A stretch of DNA of 64,000 nt from an uncultured bacterium (GCA_963719425.1 OY970382.1:813833-877832); one strand, 5' to 3'; shown: positions 19,706 through 30,458, counted from the stretch's first letter. Numbers and translations: made by a program. The notes: generated by a model from the sequence alone, not told the origin.

Positions 19706-20461
19706 TTGAATGCTTCCGGGAAGTGCATCTTTTCGGACCGCACCGATAATGTGAGCTTGGCCATAACGCCTCATGTTGAGGCGCAAGCGAAAGCGCAGGG
19801 CATAACCGATGCTCAAATACAACAGCAATTGCAACAATCAAACGCCCAGGCGAAGCAAAGCATCGGGATCACTACCAAATGCACATTTACTATAAGTTAT
19901 CTTGTGCAAATGCTCACCAATTGGTCGCAGGGAAACCTCAGCTCCGATGATTTCGCTCCGGGCGATTGTACGGCAACGGATGCATCCGGTAAGTCCGTAC
20001 CAATCATGACAAACGGCTCCGTTCCTCTCGCCACGAAAACTCAGCAACCAGCATCGATAACTCAGAACCAGCCGACTTCAGCACCCGCACCGACTCCAAC
20101 TCCGCCATTAAGCCCTGCAAGCGCGACAGGTGTTATCCTTGAAGCCGCCGCAAACAACGCCTACCTTGAGGGGTCTTCTTATGAAATAAGCTGGGGCACC
20201 CCTTCGTGGGCTCCGGGCCTTCCAGTAAGCTTGGAGCTTTACCGCGGCGTCGCACCTTGTTCCTACAATAATCGTTACGGGCCGACCTATAAAGCTTGCG
20301 GCATAGAAATCGGTTCGGCTCCGATATACACGAGCGACAACAATACTGGCAGCTATGAATGGCAAGTTCCCCTGAATCTCACGGGCGGCGGCTACTATAG
20401 CATTGTTCTATTCTTCAACGGAGCGATCAGCGGCCAAAGTGCGCTGTTTAGTATCCAATAG
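19706..20461 (+). CDS. Hypothetical secreted protein (Thr/Pro/Ser-rich)
   Basis: ORF only. Low-complexity PTPTPP segment; no motifs recognised. Confidence 0.4.
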   Translation: MNASGKCIFSDRTDNVSLAITPHVEAQAKAQGITDAQIQQQLQQSNAQAKQSIGITTKCTFTISYLVQMLTNWSQGNLSSDDFAPGDCTATDASGKSVPIMTNGSVPLATKTQQPASITQNQPTSAPAPTPTPPLSPASATGVILEAAANNAYLEGSSYEISWGTPSWAPGLPVSLELYRGVAPCSYNNRYGPTYKACGIEIGSAPIYTSDNNTGSYEWQVPLNLTGGGYYSIVLFFNGAISGQSALFSIQ

Positions 20462-20720
20462 GATTGCCCACTACATATAGTGGGTGGCGTGGTGGGGTGG
20501 TCACCTTGTGAAGCGACCGGAGGTATGGAAATCTTCATTTTCAACCGCCACCGATCGTGATTTCCACTACTGGTCGCAGGTCTGGAATATAGATCGTGGT
20601 ATCGTTTTTCCGCCCAAACACAGTTCGTATAACCTCTACGATGGCACCCGGCGATTTCCCATTCTATGAGAAAGTCCATGCGCCGCTGACGTTCTGAAGG
20701 CAGATCCGGATGCACGCTGT

Positions 20721-21143
20721 TTGAAACAATTTGACCTAACAAGAAGTAGAATAGGAAGGTACCAAACTTTTTGCTTCCAGGAGGTTCATTTGATAACGTG
20801 GCACGACGAAAGGGGAAAGGCGCGTAAGGTAAGAATCCTCGCGTTGAGGGGAAACCTTGTCCAAGGGAGTCCCCTTTGCTCTGGACGATTACAGCATGAG
20901 ATTCAAGAAGCTCTTGATGAAGGGGTGCTACGGGTCGTTGTAAACATCAAGACGATCCGTTCGATTGATGCCCTTGGTGTCGGCGAGCTTGTGAAGGCTC
21001 GCAGGATGATTGTCCACTCCGGCGGGGTTTTAAAGATCGCCGGGGTTACGAAAAAGATGGGAAATACCATTAAAGGGCTAAGGCCCGGTCACGAGCTTCT
21101 TCTGTATGAAAGCGAAGCGGCTGCAATTGAAAGTTTTGCGTAG
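20721..21143 (+). CDS. STAS-domain protein (anti-sigma-factor-antagonist SpoIIAA-like)
   Basis: RILALRG...L.G.L..EI.......VVVN...I.SIDALGVGELV resembles the STAS fold consensus. Confidence 0.55.
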   Translation: MKQFDLTRSRIGRYQTFCFQEVHLITWHDERGKARKVRILALRGNLVQGSPLCSGRLQHEIQEALDEGVLRVVVNIKTIRSIDALGVGELVKARRMIVHSGGVLKIAGVTKKMGNTIKGLRPGHELLLYESEAAAIESFA

Positions 21144-21212
21144 ATTCGCCGCGAGATCCATGTGGCCGGAGGAGAATGGGAGCCCTCCGAATACGGCTCC
21201 CTTTTATCATAA

Positions 21213-22619
21213 TTAATATCTATAGTAGTCGGGCTTGTAGGGTCCGCCTTGGGGGACGTTGATATAGGCGGCCTGCGCCTTGGTGAGTTTGGTGAGCTTC
21301 GCGCCGATTTTCTGGAGATGAAGGCGCGCCACCTCCTCATCAATTTCTTTGGGCAGGCGGTACACGCCGATCTTGTAGTGATTTTTCCACAAAGCGAGTT
21401 GGGCGAACACTTGGTTTGAAAAACTGTTGCTCATCACGAAGCTTGGATGGCCGGTCGCGCAGCCGAGGTTCACAAGCCGCCCTTCGGCCAAAACGTATAT
21501 CTCGTGCTTGTCGGCGAAAACGTACTTATCCACCTGCGGCTTCACGTTCGCTTTTTTCACGCCCCGCGCTGCGTTGAGACGGCCCACCTGCACCTCGTTT
21601 TCAAAATGGCCGATGTTGCACACGATCGCCTGATCCTTCATTTTTTTCATGTGTTCCAAGGTGATCACGTCCCTGTCGCCCGTGGCCGTCACATAGATGT
21701 CGGCTTTCCCCAGCGTGTCTTCCACGGTTGCAACCTCATAGCCGTCCATGGCCGCCTGCAGGGCGCAGATGGGATCTATTTCCGTAACAATGACGCGGCA
21801 ACCCTGCCCGCGGAGCGACTGGGCTGAACCCTTGCCGACGTCCCCGTAGCCGCACACGACAGCGGTCTTCCCGCCGATCATGACGTCGGTTGCGCGATTC
21901 AGTCCGTCAATCAAGGAGTGGCGACAGCCATAGATGTTGTCAAACTTGCTCTTAGTCACGGAGTCGTTCACGTTGATCGCGGGGAAAAGAAGCTTGTTCC
22001 GCGTGAGACGCTCATAGAGCCGGTGGACACCCGTCGTCGTTTCTTCGGAAACCCCTTTTATCTTTTTTGCGGCTTTCGTCCAGCGGGCGGGATTTTTTTT
22101 GTAAATTATTTTGAGCCGCTTTATAAGTTCTTTTTCGTCGGTGGACATGTTTGCGCGCTGTGCGCGGAGAATGGTGGGGTTTTTCTCCGCCTCCGCGCCA
22201 AAGTGCACCATGAGCGTGGCGTCGCCTCCATCGTCAACGATGAGATCGGGCCCCTTTCCATTCCCGAAGTCCAGCGCGCGGTCCAAAAACTCCCAGTATT
22301 CGGCAAGCGTTTCTCCCTTCCGAGCGAAGACAGGGATACCGGTTTTCGCGATGGCTGCGGCTGCGTGGTCCTGCGTGGAAAAAATATTGCAGCTTGCCCA
22401 GCGCACCTTTGCACCGAGAGCTGCGAGCGTTTCTATAAGCACCGCTGTCTGGACCGTCATGTGGAGCGATCCCGCGATCCGGGCGCCCTTGAGCGGCTTT
22501 CTTGCGGCGTACCGCTTCCGGAGCGCCATGAGGCCGGGCATTTCCTTTTCCGCCATTTCAATTTCTTTTCTCCCCCAGCCAGCGAGTGCAATATTTTTTA
22601 TTTTGTAGTCGTTCCTCAT
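21213..22619 (-). CDS. ahcY: S-adenosyl-L-homocysteine hydrolase (adenosylhomocysteinase)
   Basis: 468 aa; NAD-binding GYGDVGKG and conserved HFENEV motifs. Confidence 0.9.
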   Translation of the reverse strand: MRNDYKIKNIALAGWGRKEIEMAEKEMPGLMALRKRYAARKPLKGARIAGSLHMTVQTAVLIETLAALGAKVRWASCNIFSTQDHAAAAIAKTGIPVFARKGETLAEYWEFLDRALDFGNGKGPDLIVDDGGDATLMVHFGAEAEKNPTILRAQRANMSTDEKELIKRLKIIYKKNPARWTKAAKKIKGVSEETTTGVHRLYERLTRNKLLFPAINVNDSVTKSKFDNIYGCRHSLIDGLNRATDVMIGGKTAVVCGYGDVGKGSAQSLRGQGCRVIVTEIDPICALQAAMDGYEVATVEDTLGKADIYVTATGDRDVITLEHMKKMKDQAIVCNIGHFENEVQVGRLNAARGVKKANVKPQVDKYVFADKHEIYVLAEGRLVNLGCATGHPSFVMSNSFSNQVFAQLALWKNHYKIGVYRLPKEIDEEVARLHLQKIGAKLTKLTKAQAAYINVPQGGPYKPDYYRY

Positions 22620-23569
22620 AGTTTTATTTCGGCTCCGTACGTTCTTTTGAACCGCGCGCGGAAGTCCTTCTTTGTGAAAAAATGCTCCTGCGTCCCGGAT
22701 TGCTCAATGCAGAAACTCGCCGCGACGCTTCCCATCCGGCCGCAGGTCATTAGGTCGTATTGTCGTTCAAGTCCGGCCGAAAAGCCAGCCCGATAGGCAT
22801 CTCCCGCGCCCGTGGGATCCGCGACGCGCCGCGGTTTTGTGGGCGCGATTTGCAACGTTCCCTTTGCCGTTGTAATAACCGACCCTTTTTCTGCGAGCGT
22901 CGTCACGAGCGCCGCGGTTTTTCTTGCGATATCGCGCACGGTCCAACCGGTCCGCTTCACAAGCGTTCTCACCTCATAATCGTTTCCGATTGTAAGCGCG
23001 GAAAGCCGCACTGCTTCTCGTATCGCGGCGCCGCTCAAGGAGGCGGACCACTGGCCCGGATCAAACATCGCGGGAATACCGCGTGCCGCACATTCGCGCA
23101 TGTGGCGCCGCATGGTTCGCGCGTGTGAAGGCGCGACGATTGCGAACGCGATCTTTTCTTTCACGCCTACGCTTGAAATGGGCGGCGTGAGTTCCGGAGC
23201 CGCACCACTAAAAAATGCGGAGATTTGGTTGTCGTCCCTGTCAGTCGTGATATGCGCCGATGCTGTGAAGCGGTTCTTGTCCTGCGCGATATATCGCGTG
23301 CCGATCCCTGCGCGGCGCAGGTGCGCGAGATACTCCCCGCCATCCTTGCCGAGCACGGAGACGATGATCGGTTTGTCGCCGAGAAGCTTCAGTGTGTAGG
23401 CGATATTCCCCGCCGTCCCGCCGCGGCTTTTCATAAGCCGTTCCACGGGGAAGCAAACATTCAAAATGTGAATGTTCTTGGGGAGGATATAGTCTCTAAA
23501 ACGACCGGGAAAATCCATAATGTAGTCGTATGCGAGAGAACCGGAAACGAGTATCGCCATAGCATCCAT
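22616..23569 (-). CDS. PfkB-family carbohydrate/nucleoside kinase (possibly adenosine kinase)
   Basis: C-terminal [13 protein letters not shown] PfkB signature. Overlaps the ahcY start by 4 nt, which suggests operon coupling. Confidence 0.7.
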   Translation of the reverse strand: MDAMAILVSGSLAYDYIMDFPGRFRDYILPKNIHILNVCFPVERLMKSRGGTAGNIAYTLKLLGDKPIIVSVLGKDGGEYLAHLRRAGIGTRYIAQDKNRFTASAHITTDRDDNQISAFFSGAAPELTPPISSVGVKEKIAFAIVAPSHARTMRRHMRECAARGIPAMFDPGQWSASLSGAAIREAVRLSALTIGNDYEVRTLVKRTGWTVRDIARKTAALVTTLAEKGSVITTAKGTLQIAPTKPRRVADPTGAGDAYRAGFSAGLERQYDLMTCGRMGSVAASFCIEQSGTQEHFFTKKDFRARFKRTYGAEIKL

Positions 23570-23615
23570 TCTATCACTCTATTCGGTGGAGTATACTCTT
23601 GAGATGGACTCAGGA

Positions 23616-24119
23616 ATGGCGCGCACGAAAATATCCCTTATCGCTGCGATGGGCGAGAATAGGGTAATCGGCTCGCGCGGGAAGATCCCGTGGCGCATGC
23701 CGGCGGACTTTGAGCACTTCAAAAATCTTACGATGGGCCACCCTGTCATTATGGGAAGGAAGACGTTGGAGTCCATCAAGCGGCCGCTTCCCGGCCGGAC
23801 GAACATTGTGATCACGACACAGAAAGATTTTAAGGCCGAAGGGTGCATGGTCGCAGGGTCATTGGATGATGCGCTGCGTCTTGCGGCGAGCGCTCCGGGA
23901 GCAGAAGAAATTTTTGTGATCGGCGGAGAACAAATTTATAAATTGGCGTTGCCGAAGGCAACCGTCATATATCTCACGACGGTGCACGGCACGTTTGAGG
24001 GCGATGCATTTTTCCCGGAATTCAGCGAGGCCGAATGGCAACTCGCCCAATCGGAGTTTCACAAAAAAGACGCAGAGAATCAACACGACTATACCTTCAA
24101 CACCTACGAGCGGAGGTAG
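23616..24119 (+). CDS. folA: Dihydrofolate reductase
   Basis: ISLIAAM..N.VIG..G.IPW....DF..FK..T.G..VIMGRKT is the DHFR signature. Start set at MARTKISL. Confidence 0.85.
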   Translation: MARTKISLIAAMGENRVIGSRGKIPWRMPADFEHFKNLTMGHPVIMGRKTLESIKRPLPGRTNIVITTQKDFKAEGCMVAGSLDDALRLAASAPGAEEIFVIGGEQIYKLALPKATVIYLTTVHGTFEGDAFFPEFSEAEWQLAQSEFHKKDAENQHDYTFNTYERR

Positions 24120-24267
24120 CCTCTTGCGCATATAATTGGAGCCAGATACTCAGGAAAATGGGGGAGCGGAAGCTAATAGCTTCAATGACTCTCGGTCGTT
24201 GACCTTTAAGCTGCACGCATTGATATTTTGGCTATGAAAGTGTATAAAACTATTAGGTCGGTATCCG

Positions 24268-24738
24268 TTGGTCAGTCGGAGGTGCAAATTGAGAGAGAGA
24301 ATCTATGCTCATTTTTTTGTGGCGATCCGGGTATTGTTGACGTCGTCGCTCATCTTCTTGTTGGGATGCAGTGCGTCGCCGACGGTATCGGTCAAACGGG
24401 TCGTGGTCACTGGTAACAACGCCAAGTACGTGGGCATACGCCTTGTCGAGAGTCTCCAGGGGCACGGTGTCCGCGTTTCGGAGAGCGTCGAGGGTCCGAT
24501 ACTCACGGGGACATCGAGGATGGAGAAGATGGAGAATGGGGTCTCGGTCTTCACCCTCGAGGTAAGCGATGGGGCGGGTCTGAAGATCAAGGAAGTGGTC
24601 AGTTCACAAGACCTCCTCAGTAGCTGGGACGTCATTCCCACGGCAGCGGATCGGGTAGCCGAAGAGGTAGTCAAGCAGTTGGCGCCAAAGCAACCGCCAA
24701 AACCTCAACCGGCGCCAGAGAACTACAGTACCAGTTAG
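24268..24738 (+). CDS. Hypothetical lipoprotein
   Basis: Signal peptide with an LLGCSAS lipobox-like motif. A terminator-like hairpin follows at 24741-24770. Confidence 0.4.
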   Translation: MVSRRCKLRERIYAHFFVAIRVLLTSSLIFLLGCSASPTVSVKRVVVTGNNAKYVGIRLVESLQGHGVRVSESVEGPILTGTSRMEKMENGVSVFTLEVSDGAGLKIKEVVSSQDLLSSWDVIPTAADRVAEEVVKQLAPKQPPKPQPAPENYSTS

Positions 24739-24904
24739 CAAGACAATTCCGTTTGGAGGTGTACGGGTAAGTCTAAACACCTCCGCAAGTCTGAGTTCAC
24801 AAATATACTTGCGATTTCAGATTTGATTACCTCAAACATTTTTGTAGAGGCAACGTGAATGGAACCAGCGCGAGGGACGTGGGTGGGGAAAGCGTGTTGA
24901 TGCG

Positions 24905-25906
24905 CTAACCAGATTTCTTCTTGGTAAATTCTCTCCAAGAATCCGTGGCGAGACCGCCGATGGGCGCAAGTTCCGCCTTGATCGGTGGGTGAGGATCGTA
25001 ACCCGTGAGCGTTACGTGCTCCGGTTTGAAATCGTCAATTGTTTTTACCGCAGGATTGAGCGTCACCGTGGGGAACGGCCTCGGTTCGCGCGTGAGCTGT
25101 TCTTTAACGGCATCAAAATGATTTTCGTAAATATGGGCGTCACCGAAGGTGTGGATGAATTCACCCGGCTCGTTGCCTGTTACCTGGGCGAGGATGATGG
25201 TGAGGAGCGCATAGCTCGCGATGTTAAAGGGGACACCGAGGAACATGTCGGCTGTGCGCTGGTAGAGGTGGAGCGAGAGTTTGCCATTCTTGACGTTCGC
25301 CTGGTACATATTGTGGCAAATAGGGAAACGGCATGCTTCTTCGGGCAGGGCCATTTCGTAGAGGTATTCCGGATTCCAGGAATTCACGAGCGAGTTGTGG
25401 GCGTCGGGGTCTTTCTTCAAGTCCTCCACAAGCCACTGCACCTGGTCAATCGTCCGGCCGTTTTTTGCGGGCCAGTGGCGCCAGAGTTCTCCATAAATAT
25501 ATTTCAGGTCCCCGTGCTGTTTTGCAAATGCCGTGTCGCCCGCGATTTTGGCGATGAATTCTTCTTTGGTAAGCGGCGGGAATTCGCCCTTGTCCATCTT
25601 TTCTCGGTAAATTTTGTATGGATAGTCATCCCAAATGTGGACGTTCGCGTCCACGAGGTATTTTATATTTGACTGCCCGGACAAAAACCATGCGAGCTCA
25701 TAGAGGATACCTTTCCAATACACCTTTTTAGTGGTGAGCAATGGAAATCCATCCGCAAGATTGAACCGCATCTGGCGGCCGAAGATGCTCCAAGTGATAG
25801 AGCCGATTCCTTTGTCTACCTGCTTCACGCCGTGATCCAAAATGTCGCGGAGGAGGTCAAGATATTGATATTCGGGGTGCCGCGCACCCGCGGGAATGTT
25901 TGCCAT
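24905..25906 (-). CDS. thyA: Thymidylate synthase ThyA (long form with an insertion)
   Basis: RQMRFNL.DGFPLLTTKKV, ELAWFLSG, and catalytic-Cys-region motifs (PICHNMYQ). Confidence 0.9.
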   Translation of the reverse strand: MANIPAGARHPEYQYLDLLRDILDHGVKQVDKGIGSITWSIFGRQMRFNLADGFPLLTTKKVYWKGILYELAWFLSGQSNIKYLVDANVHIWDDYPYKIYREKMDKGEFPPLTKEEFIAKIAGDTAFAKQHGDLKYIYGELWRHWPAKNGRTIDQVQWLVEDLKKDPDAHNSLVNSWNPEYLYEMALPEEACRFPICHNMYQANVKNGKLSLHLYQRTADMFLGVPFNIASYALLTIILAQVTGNEPGEFIHTFGDAHIYENHFDAVKEQLTREPRPFPTVTLNPAVKTIDDFKPEHVTLTGYDPHPPIKAELAPIGGLATDSWREFTKKKSG

Positions 25907-25910
25907 GGTT

Positions 25911-26585
25911 CTACTCTATCACGAAGGTTTTTTCGGTACCATAATATTCCGGCCAGTGCGCGTTGTAGTAGGCGAACATGCGTTCCAGCCGCGCTTGGTT
26001 GAGCTCCTCAAGGCCAACGCTTTTTATGATTTCGCGAAGCTGCGCCTTTGTGCCATCCGCGCGCGAAGGGTCGTTTTCAATAATTTCAAATTCAGCGAGA
26101 TAGCCATAGCCGGCATTCTTGTCTATCGTCACATTGGCATCTGCAAATTTGTATTCTATCCGTTCGCGTGACCACTTTGCCTGGTAGGAAAAACCCGCGC
26201 CGAGTATCGCCTCGTCAAGTTTTGCGAGCGGCATGGCTACTTCGCGTTCAAATTCGCGGCGCGCGGTGCCGTTCGCGCTCGTCGTGTCGTCAATGGTCGC
26301 CTTGAGGACCAAAAGCACCTTCCCGTCCGCTTCACGCGTGCGCAGGGAAAAATCCCTCGCCCTCTTTGCAAGATCAAGGAATTCTTTCCGCTCCTCATCG
26401 TCGTGAATGACTTTTGCGACGGTGGCGAGATCGCCATCTCCTTCAAAGTAGTGGTTGAGTTGCTTATGAGAGCCGATCTTCCGCAGCTTTGGGTCCAATT
26501 TTTTCATCTGTGCCTCAAATCGCTCCGCGTTTTCACGGTTTCCCAAGAGACATTTGATCTCTATCTCGTATCCGCCGTTCTTCAT
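25911..26585 (-). CDS. CYTH-domain triphosphate-tunnel metalloenzyme
   Basis: N-terminal EIEIK (ExExK) motif and a C-terminal LAEFEI acidic motif, typical of the CYTH/CyaB/ThTPase family. Confidence 0.65.
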   Translation of the reverse strand: MKNGGYEIEIKCLLGNRENAERFEAQMKKLDPKLRKIGSHKQLNHYFEGDGDLATVAKVIHDDEERKEFLDLAKRARDFSLRTREADGKVLLVLKATIDDTTSANGTARREFEREVAMPLAKLDEAILGAGFSYQAKWSRERIEYKFADANVTIDKNAGYGYLAEFEIIENDPSRADGTKAQLREIIKSVGLEELNQARLERMFAYYNAHWPEYYGTEKTFVIE

Positions 26586-27169
26586 CTCCGCTTTTTTGTT
26601 TTGGCCTCCTGCGAAAGCTTGGATGCAAGCGGCTTTTTCTGGCCAGCGTACTTTCCACTTTTTTTCATATAGTAGGGAACTTCCACCTTGCTTGACACTT
26701 CTTCAAATGTGAATGCGCACACCCGCATGCCGGGATAGAGGAGCACGGGCACGACGCCGAGGTTGCCGAGTTCCATCACTGGCTTCCCGCGCCAGCCGGG
26801 ATCAAAGATGGACGCCGTGCCGTGGACAATGACGCCGAGGCGCCCAAGAGAACTCCTTCCTTCGATGCGCCCTACGAGATCGTCCCCGATCTCAAGCCAT
26901 TCAAGCGTGGTCGCAAGTACGAGGTCTTGGGGGTGGAGCACAAAAGAGCCGCCCTTCGGAACCACGACGTCCTCCATGAGGGCCGCCGCCTGTTTCATAT
27001 CCTGGGTGTCTATATGCGGCACATGAGTGCGGCGGAATACACGGAACTCGTTGCCGAGCCGCAGGTCAAGAGAGCACGAGCCAAGCTGGGTTTTGAAATC
27101 CGGCGCCGGCGTGATCTTGATACGTCCCGCCTTGAGTGCCTTCTTGATGTCGCGGTCAGAGAGGATCAT
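26582..27169 (-). CDS. dcd: dCTP deaminase (dUTPase-fold)
   Basis: 195 aa. dUTPase-superfamily beta-rich motifs (GWRGKPVMELGN). Its start overlaps the CYTH gene by 4 nt. Confidence 0.75.
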   Translation of the reverse strand: MILSDRDIKKALKAGRIKITPAPDFKTQLGSCSLDLRLGNEFRVFRRTHVPHIDTQDMKQAAALMEDVVVPKGGSFVLHPQDLVLATTLEWLEIGDDLVGRIEGRSSLGRLGVIVHGTASIFDPGWRGKPVMELGNLGVVPVLLYPGMRVCAFTFEEVSSKVEVPYYMKKSGKYAGQKKPLASKLSQEAKTKKRR

Positions 27170-27297
27170 GGTAGGAAAATTGTAACGCGCGTATACAGAA
27201 TGGGCAAATCGCGCGCACAGGCCTGGACGACCTCCGAACGATTTTGGCCAAACCTAAGATTGTAAGCGGCTTATGAGCTTAGGTCTGGAGGGGCAAA

Positions 27298-27534
27298 CTA
27301 GCCAGCCCCTCGTTGGCATGCTGCCCCGCATTTTGCGATTTGAATGCGAATAGCCGCGGTACGAAGTTTGGCCATGACTTCCAGCCGATCGGCAAAGGGC
27401 AGTTTTTTGACTTCTTCCATGCCCCTTAGCACCTGGCCGTCAGTCGTAAAAGTCTGGATTCGGGCAATCAATTTTTCCTTCCTATTCATAGGACCTCCTC
27501 TCCCAAGGACCATAACTAAACTACTTCTGCGCAC
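27298..27534 (-). CDS. Hypothetical small protein
   Basis: ORF only. Coding status uncertain. Confidence 0.2.
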   Translation of the reverse strand: MRRSSLVMVLGRGGPMNRKEKLIARIQTFTTDGQVLRGMEEVKKLPFADRLEVMAKLRTAAIRIQIAKCGAACQRGAG

Positions 27535-27592
27535 TGCATTTGTCCAGAGAGTGCGCAGGAGAGGATTCGAACAAATGCAAAGCTAGCAAGAG

Positions 27593-28918
27593 TTAGTCAA
27601 TTCCGGGGACGGGAAACGGCGTCGCGAATTTTTTCACGGCATCGTGGATTTCTTTTATGAGTGGATGGTTGGGGAGCGATGCGTTGAACGCGCGCATGAA
27701 TTCAATGCGCTTTTCCTTGTCGGCGGGAAGTTCGTTCTTGGCGAACTCGTGTGCAATGCGGGCAATGAAGGAAGCGACGGTCTTCATGTGCTCTTCCTTC
27801 ATGCCGCGCGAGGTGATGGGTGGGGTGCCGAGGCGGATGCCGGACGGGTAATACGGCGGCGCGGGGTCGTTGGGGATGGAACTCTTGTTCACGCTGATGC
27901 CCGCTGCCTCCAGCGCTTTTTCCACAAACACGCCTCGCCCCGGGCCGAATGCGCGGAGGTCAATAAGCATAAGATGATTATCGGTTCCGCCCGAAATGAG
28001 CCGCAGGCCCTGCGCTTGGAGCTCTTTCGCAAGCGCCTTCGCGTTTTTCACAACTTGACGTGCATATTCCTTGAACTCCGGCAGCGTCGTTTCGTGCATG
28101 GCGACGGCAATGCCCGCGATTGTGTTCTCGTGCGGCCCTCCCTGCATGCCGGGGAACACCGCGCGGTCAATTTTGTCTTTCAATTCTTCTTTGCAGAAGA
28201 TCATCGCCGCACGCGGGCCGCGCAGCGTCTTGTGCGTGGTCGTCGTGACCACGTCCATAAGCGGGAATGGCGAGGGGTGTGCGCCTCCCGCGATGAGCCC
28301 CGCGATGTGGGAGATGTCAGCCATGGAATAAGCGCCGACGCTCTTCGCAATGTCGGCAAATTTCTTGAAATCAATGGTCCGCGGGTAGGCGGTGTAGCCG
28401 CACACGATCAATTTCGGCTTGTGCTCGCGCGCGAGCTTTTCAATCGCATCGTAATCAAGCACCTCATTTTTTTCATCAACCTGATAATGGACGAATTTGA
28501 ACAATTTCCCCGACATGTTGACGGGGGAGCCGTGCGTGAGGTGTCCTCCATGGTCCAGTCGCATCGCCATGATCGTATCGCCTGGTTCAAGAAGCCCGAA
28601 GTAAACCTCAAGGTTTGCGGGCGACCCGGAGTACGGTTGAACGTTCACGTGGTACCCCTCTGCATGGAAAACCTCCCTCGCCCGATTCTGGCAAAGTGTT
28701 TCCATCTCGTCCACGTTCACGCAGCCGCCGTAGTAGCGCCGTCCCGGATAATTTTCCGCGTACTTATTGCTGAGCACGCTTCCTATCGCCTCCAGCACCG
28801 CGCGAGAGGCGTAACTCTCAGAGGGGATGAGCTCAAGCCCTTCTTTCTGCCGCAACTTTTCTTTTTCAATGATTTCAAATACTTTTGGGTCCTCCTCTCT
28901 TAAATTTTTTTGCGACAT
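27593..28918 (-). CDS. glyA: Serine hydroxymethyltransferase
   Basis: PLP-lysine region TTTHKTLRGPR and GGHLTHG motif. Start set at MSQKNLREEDPKVFEII. Confidence 0.9.
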   Translation of the reverse strand: MSQKNLREEDPKVFEIIEKEKLRQKEGLELIPSESYASRAVLEAIGSVLSNKYAENYPGRRYYGGCVNVDEMETLCQNRAREVFHAEGYHVNVQPYSGSPANLEVYFGLLEPGDTIMAMRLDHGGHLTHGSPVNMSGKLFKFVHYQVDEKNEVLDYDAIEKLAREHKPKLIVCGYTAYPRTIDFKKFADIAKSVGAYSMADISHIAGLIAGGAHPSPFPLMDVVTTTTHKTLRGPRAAMIFCKEELKDKIDRAVFPGMQGGPHENTIAGIAVAMHETTLPEFKEYARQVVKNAKALAKELQAQGLRLISGGTDNHLMLIDLRAFGPGRGVFVEKALEAAGISVNKSSIPNDPAPPYYPSGIRLGTPPITSRGMKEEHMKTVASFIARIAHEFAKNELPADKEKRIEFMRAFNASLPNHPLIKEIHDAVKKFATPFPVPGID

Positions 28919-29004
28919 TTTATTATTTTTTAATTTGTATATGGCAATTGTACCGCCGCCTCTCTGTGGATTCAAGCCAGGTTTGATGGTATGCTCTAAA
29001 CATT

Positions 29005-29835
29005 ATGGTGATTGACGGGAGAAAGATCGCGGCCGAGATCGCTGATCGCCTCAAGGCGTTGCCGAAACCGGAGAAATTTTTGGCCGGGGTTTTGGTTGGC
29101 AACGACCCTGCGTCAAAGAGTTTCCAGAAGATCAAGCACGACACCGCGGCGCGCCTCGGCGTTGATTACCGTATTTATGAATTTCCGGAGGATTTAACAA
29201 ACGATGCCCTGCGGGAGGAAGTGGGGAAAATTGCGAGGCACAAGACGTGCGGCGGCGTTGTGGTGCAGCTTCCCCTCCCCGATCACTTCAATTGGTATGC
29301 GGTGTTGAACGCCATTCCTCCGGAAAAGGATCCGGATCTTTTGAGCGAGCGGAGCCTGGGCGCGTTCTATAACGGTCGGACCAAGATCGCCCAGCCGGCG
29401 GCGGAGGTCGTTGCGGAGATCTTGAAGCGCATCCAGTTTGATCTGAAAGGAAAAAAAGTGGTCGTCGTCGGACGCGGATTTCTGATCGGCAAACCGATTT
29501 CCTTGTGGCTTCTGGGCCAGAGAGCGGGCGACGTTACGGTGGTGGGAAAGGATTCGGATTTTTCAGCGTTGCGCACCGCCAACCTTGTGATCACAGGCGT
29601 TGGCAAAGCGGGGCTTATCACGCCCGCAATGTTGAAACCGAGTGCTGGTGTGATTGATTTCGGCTATCAGGGCGGCAAGGGGGATTTTGATCCAGGAACG
29701 GCGAGCGTGGGTGCGAGTACGGGCGCTGGCGCGAATGAAGACGGCAAAATCGCATTTTATACACCCACGCCGGGCGGCACAGGGCCTATCCTCGTCGCAA
29801 AGCTTCTGGAGAATTTCTACACACTGAACTCCTGA
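29005..29835 (+). CDS. folD: Bifunctional methylenetetrahydrofolate dehydrogenase / methenyl-THF cyclohydrolase
   Basis: N-terminal IDG..IA; GNDPAS.SF...K; GRG..IGKP motifs. Confidence 0.9.
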   Translation: MVIDGRKIAAEIADRLKALPKPEKFLAGVLVGNDPASKSFQKIKHDTAARLGVDYRIYEFPEDLTNDALREEVGKIARHKTCGGVVVQLPLPDHFNWYAVLNAIPPEKDPDLLSERSLGAFYNGRTKIAQPAAEVVAEILKRIQFDLKGKKVVVVGRGFLIGKPISLWLLGQRAGDVTVVGKDSDFSALRTANLVITGVGKAGLITPAMLKPSAGVIDFGYQGGKGDFDPGTASVGASTGAGANEDGKIAFYTPTPGGTGPILVAKLLENFYTLNS

Positions 29836-29842
29836 TTTTTCG

Positions 29843-29914
29843 TGCGCGCTGTAGGATTTGAACCTACGACCTACCGCGTGTAAGGCGGTCGCTCTGCCGC
29901 TGAGCTAAGCGCGC
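29843..29914 (-). tRNA. tRNA-Val (anticodon UAC)
   Basis: Reverse complement gives GCGCGCT-TA-GCTC-AGCGGCA-GAGC, anticodon stem ACCGC/GCGGT with loop CTTACAC, T-arm GTAGG-TTCAAAT-CCTAC. Confidence 0.85.
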
Positions 29915-29953
29915 GTTATTCCATCCTACGGGGAAGCATTGATTTTTTCAACT

Positions 29954-30385
29954 CTAATTCAGTTTTCTCTTTTTTGAGAGAGCTTGCCGAAGCGCGTCTT
30001 TCAGTTCGTCCGCCGTTGGTTCTTCAGGCAATTCTCCTTTGGCTATTTTTTCAACCACGGCGCCTATTGTATCTCCGTACTGGCCAACAAATCGATTATA
30101 TTGCCGCCACTCTTTCCGGGCTTCTTCTTCGAGCGACGCCCTATTGTCACCCCCTTTCTCTTCAAGCTGTTTCAGCAGCGAGCCGGTGTCCATCTCGTTG
30201 AGCTGCGCTCGTAATTTTTCATACTCTTCGCTCACCTCCCCTCCTACTTCAAATTTTTCGTGTTCTCCCGGTCGCAAAATCAGCAACAGTTTGTGGAGAA
30301 TGAACGAGTGGTAAAACTTTTGAAATTCCGGAAGGGTCTCGATCTTGTTCCAATCCGTAAAATCGGGGACGGGCTCATTTTTCAT
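29954..30385 (-). CDS. Hypothetical protein (acidic, helical)
   Basis: ORF only. Confidence 0.4.
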   Translation of the reverse strand: MKNEPVPDFTDWNKIETLPEFQKFYHSFILHKLLLILRPGEHEKFEVGGEVSEEYEKLRAQLNEMDTGSLLKQLEEKGGDNRASLEEEARKEWRQYNRFVGQYGDTIGAVVEKIAKGELPEEPTADELKDALRQALSKKRKLN

Positions 30386-30458
30386 GCCTTCATTTTACCA
30401 TATCGGTTCCCTCCTAAATTCAATTCTCGGCACAGTATTGAATTAGGAGATCGTCGTG

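Noticed and set aside
20670-20700. RNase P RNA, suggested by GAGAAAGTCC
   Set aside because: The flanking sequence lacks the CCGGGC/GCCCGG P4 partner and the GGTGAAA/GGTAAGAGCGCACC modules.
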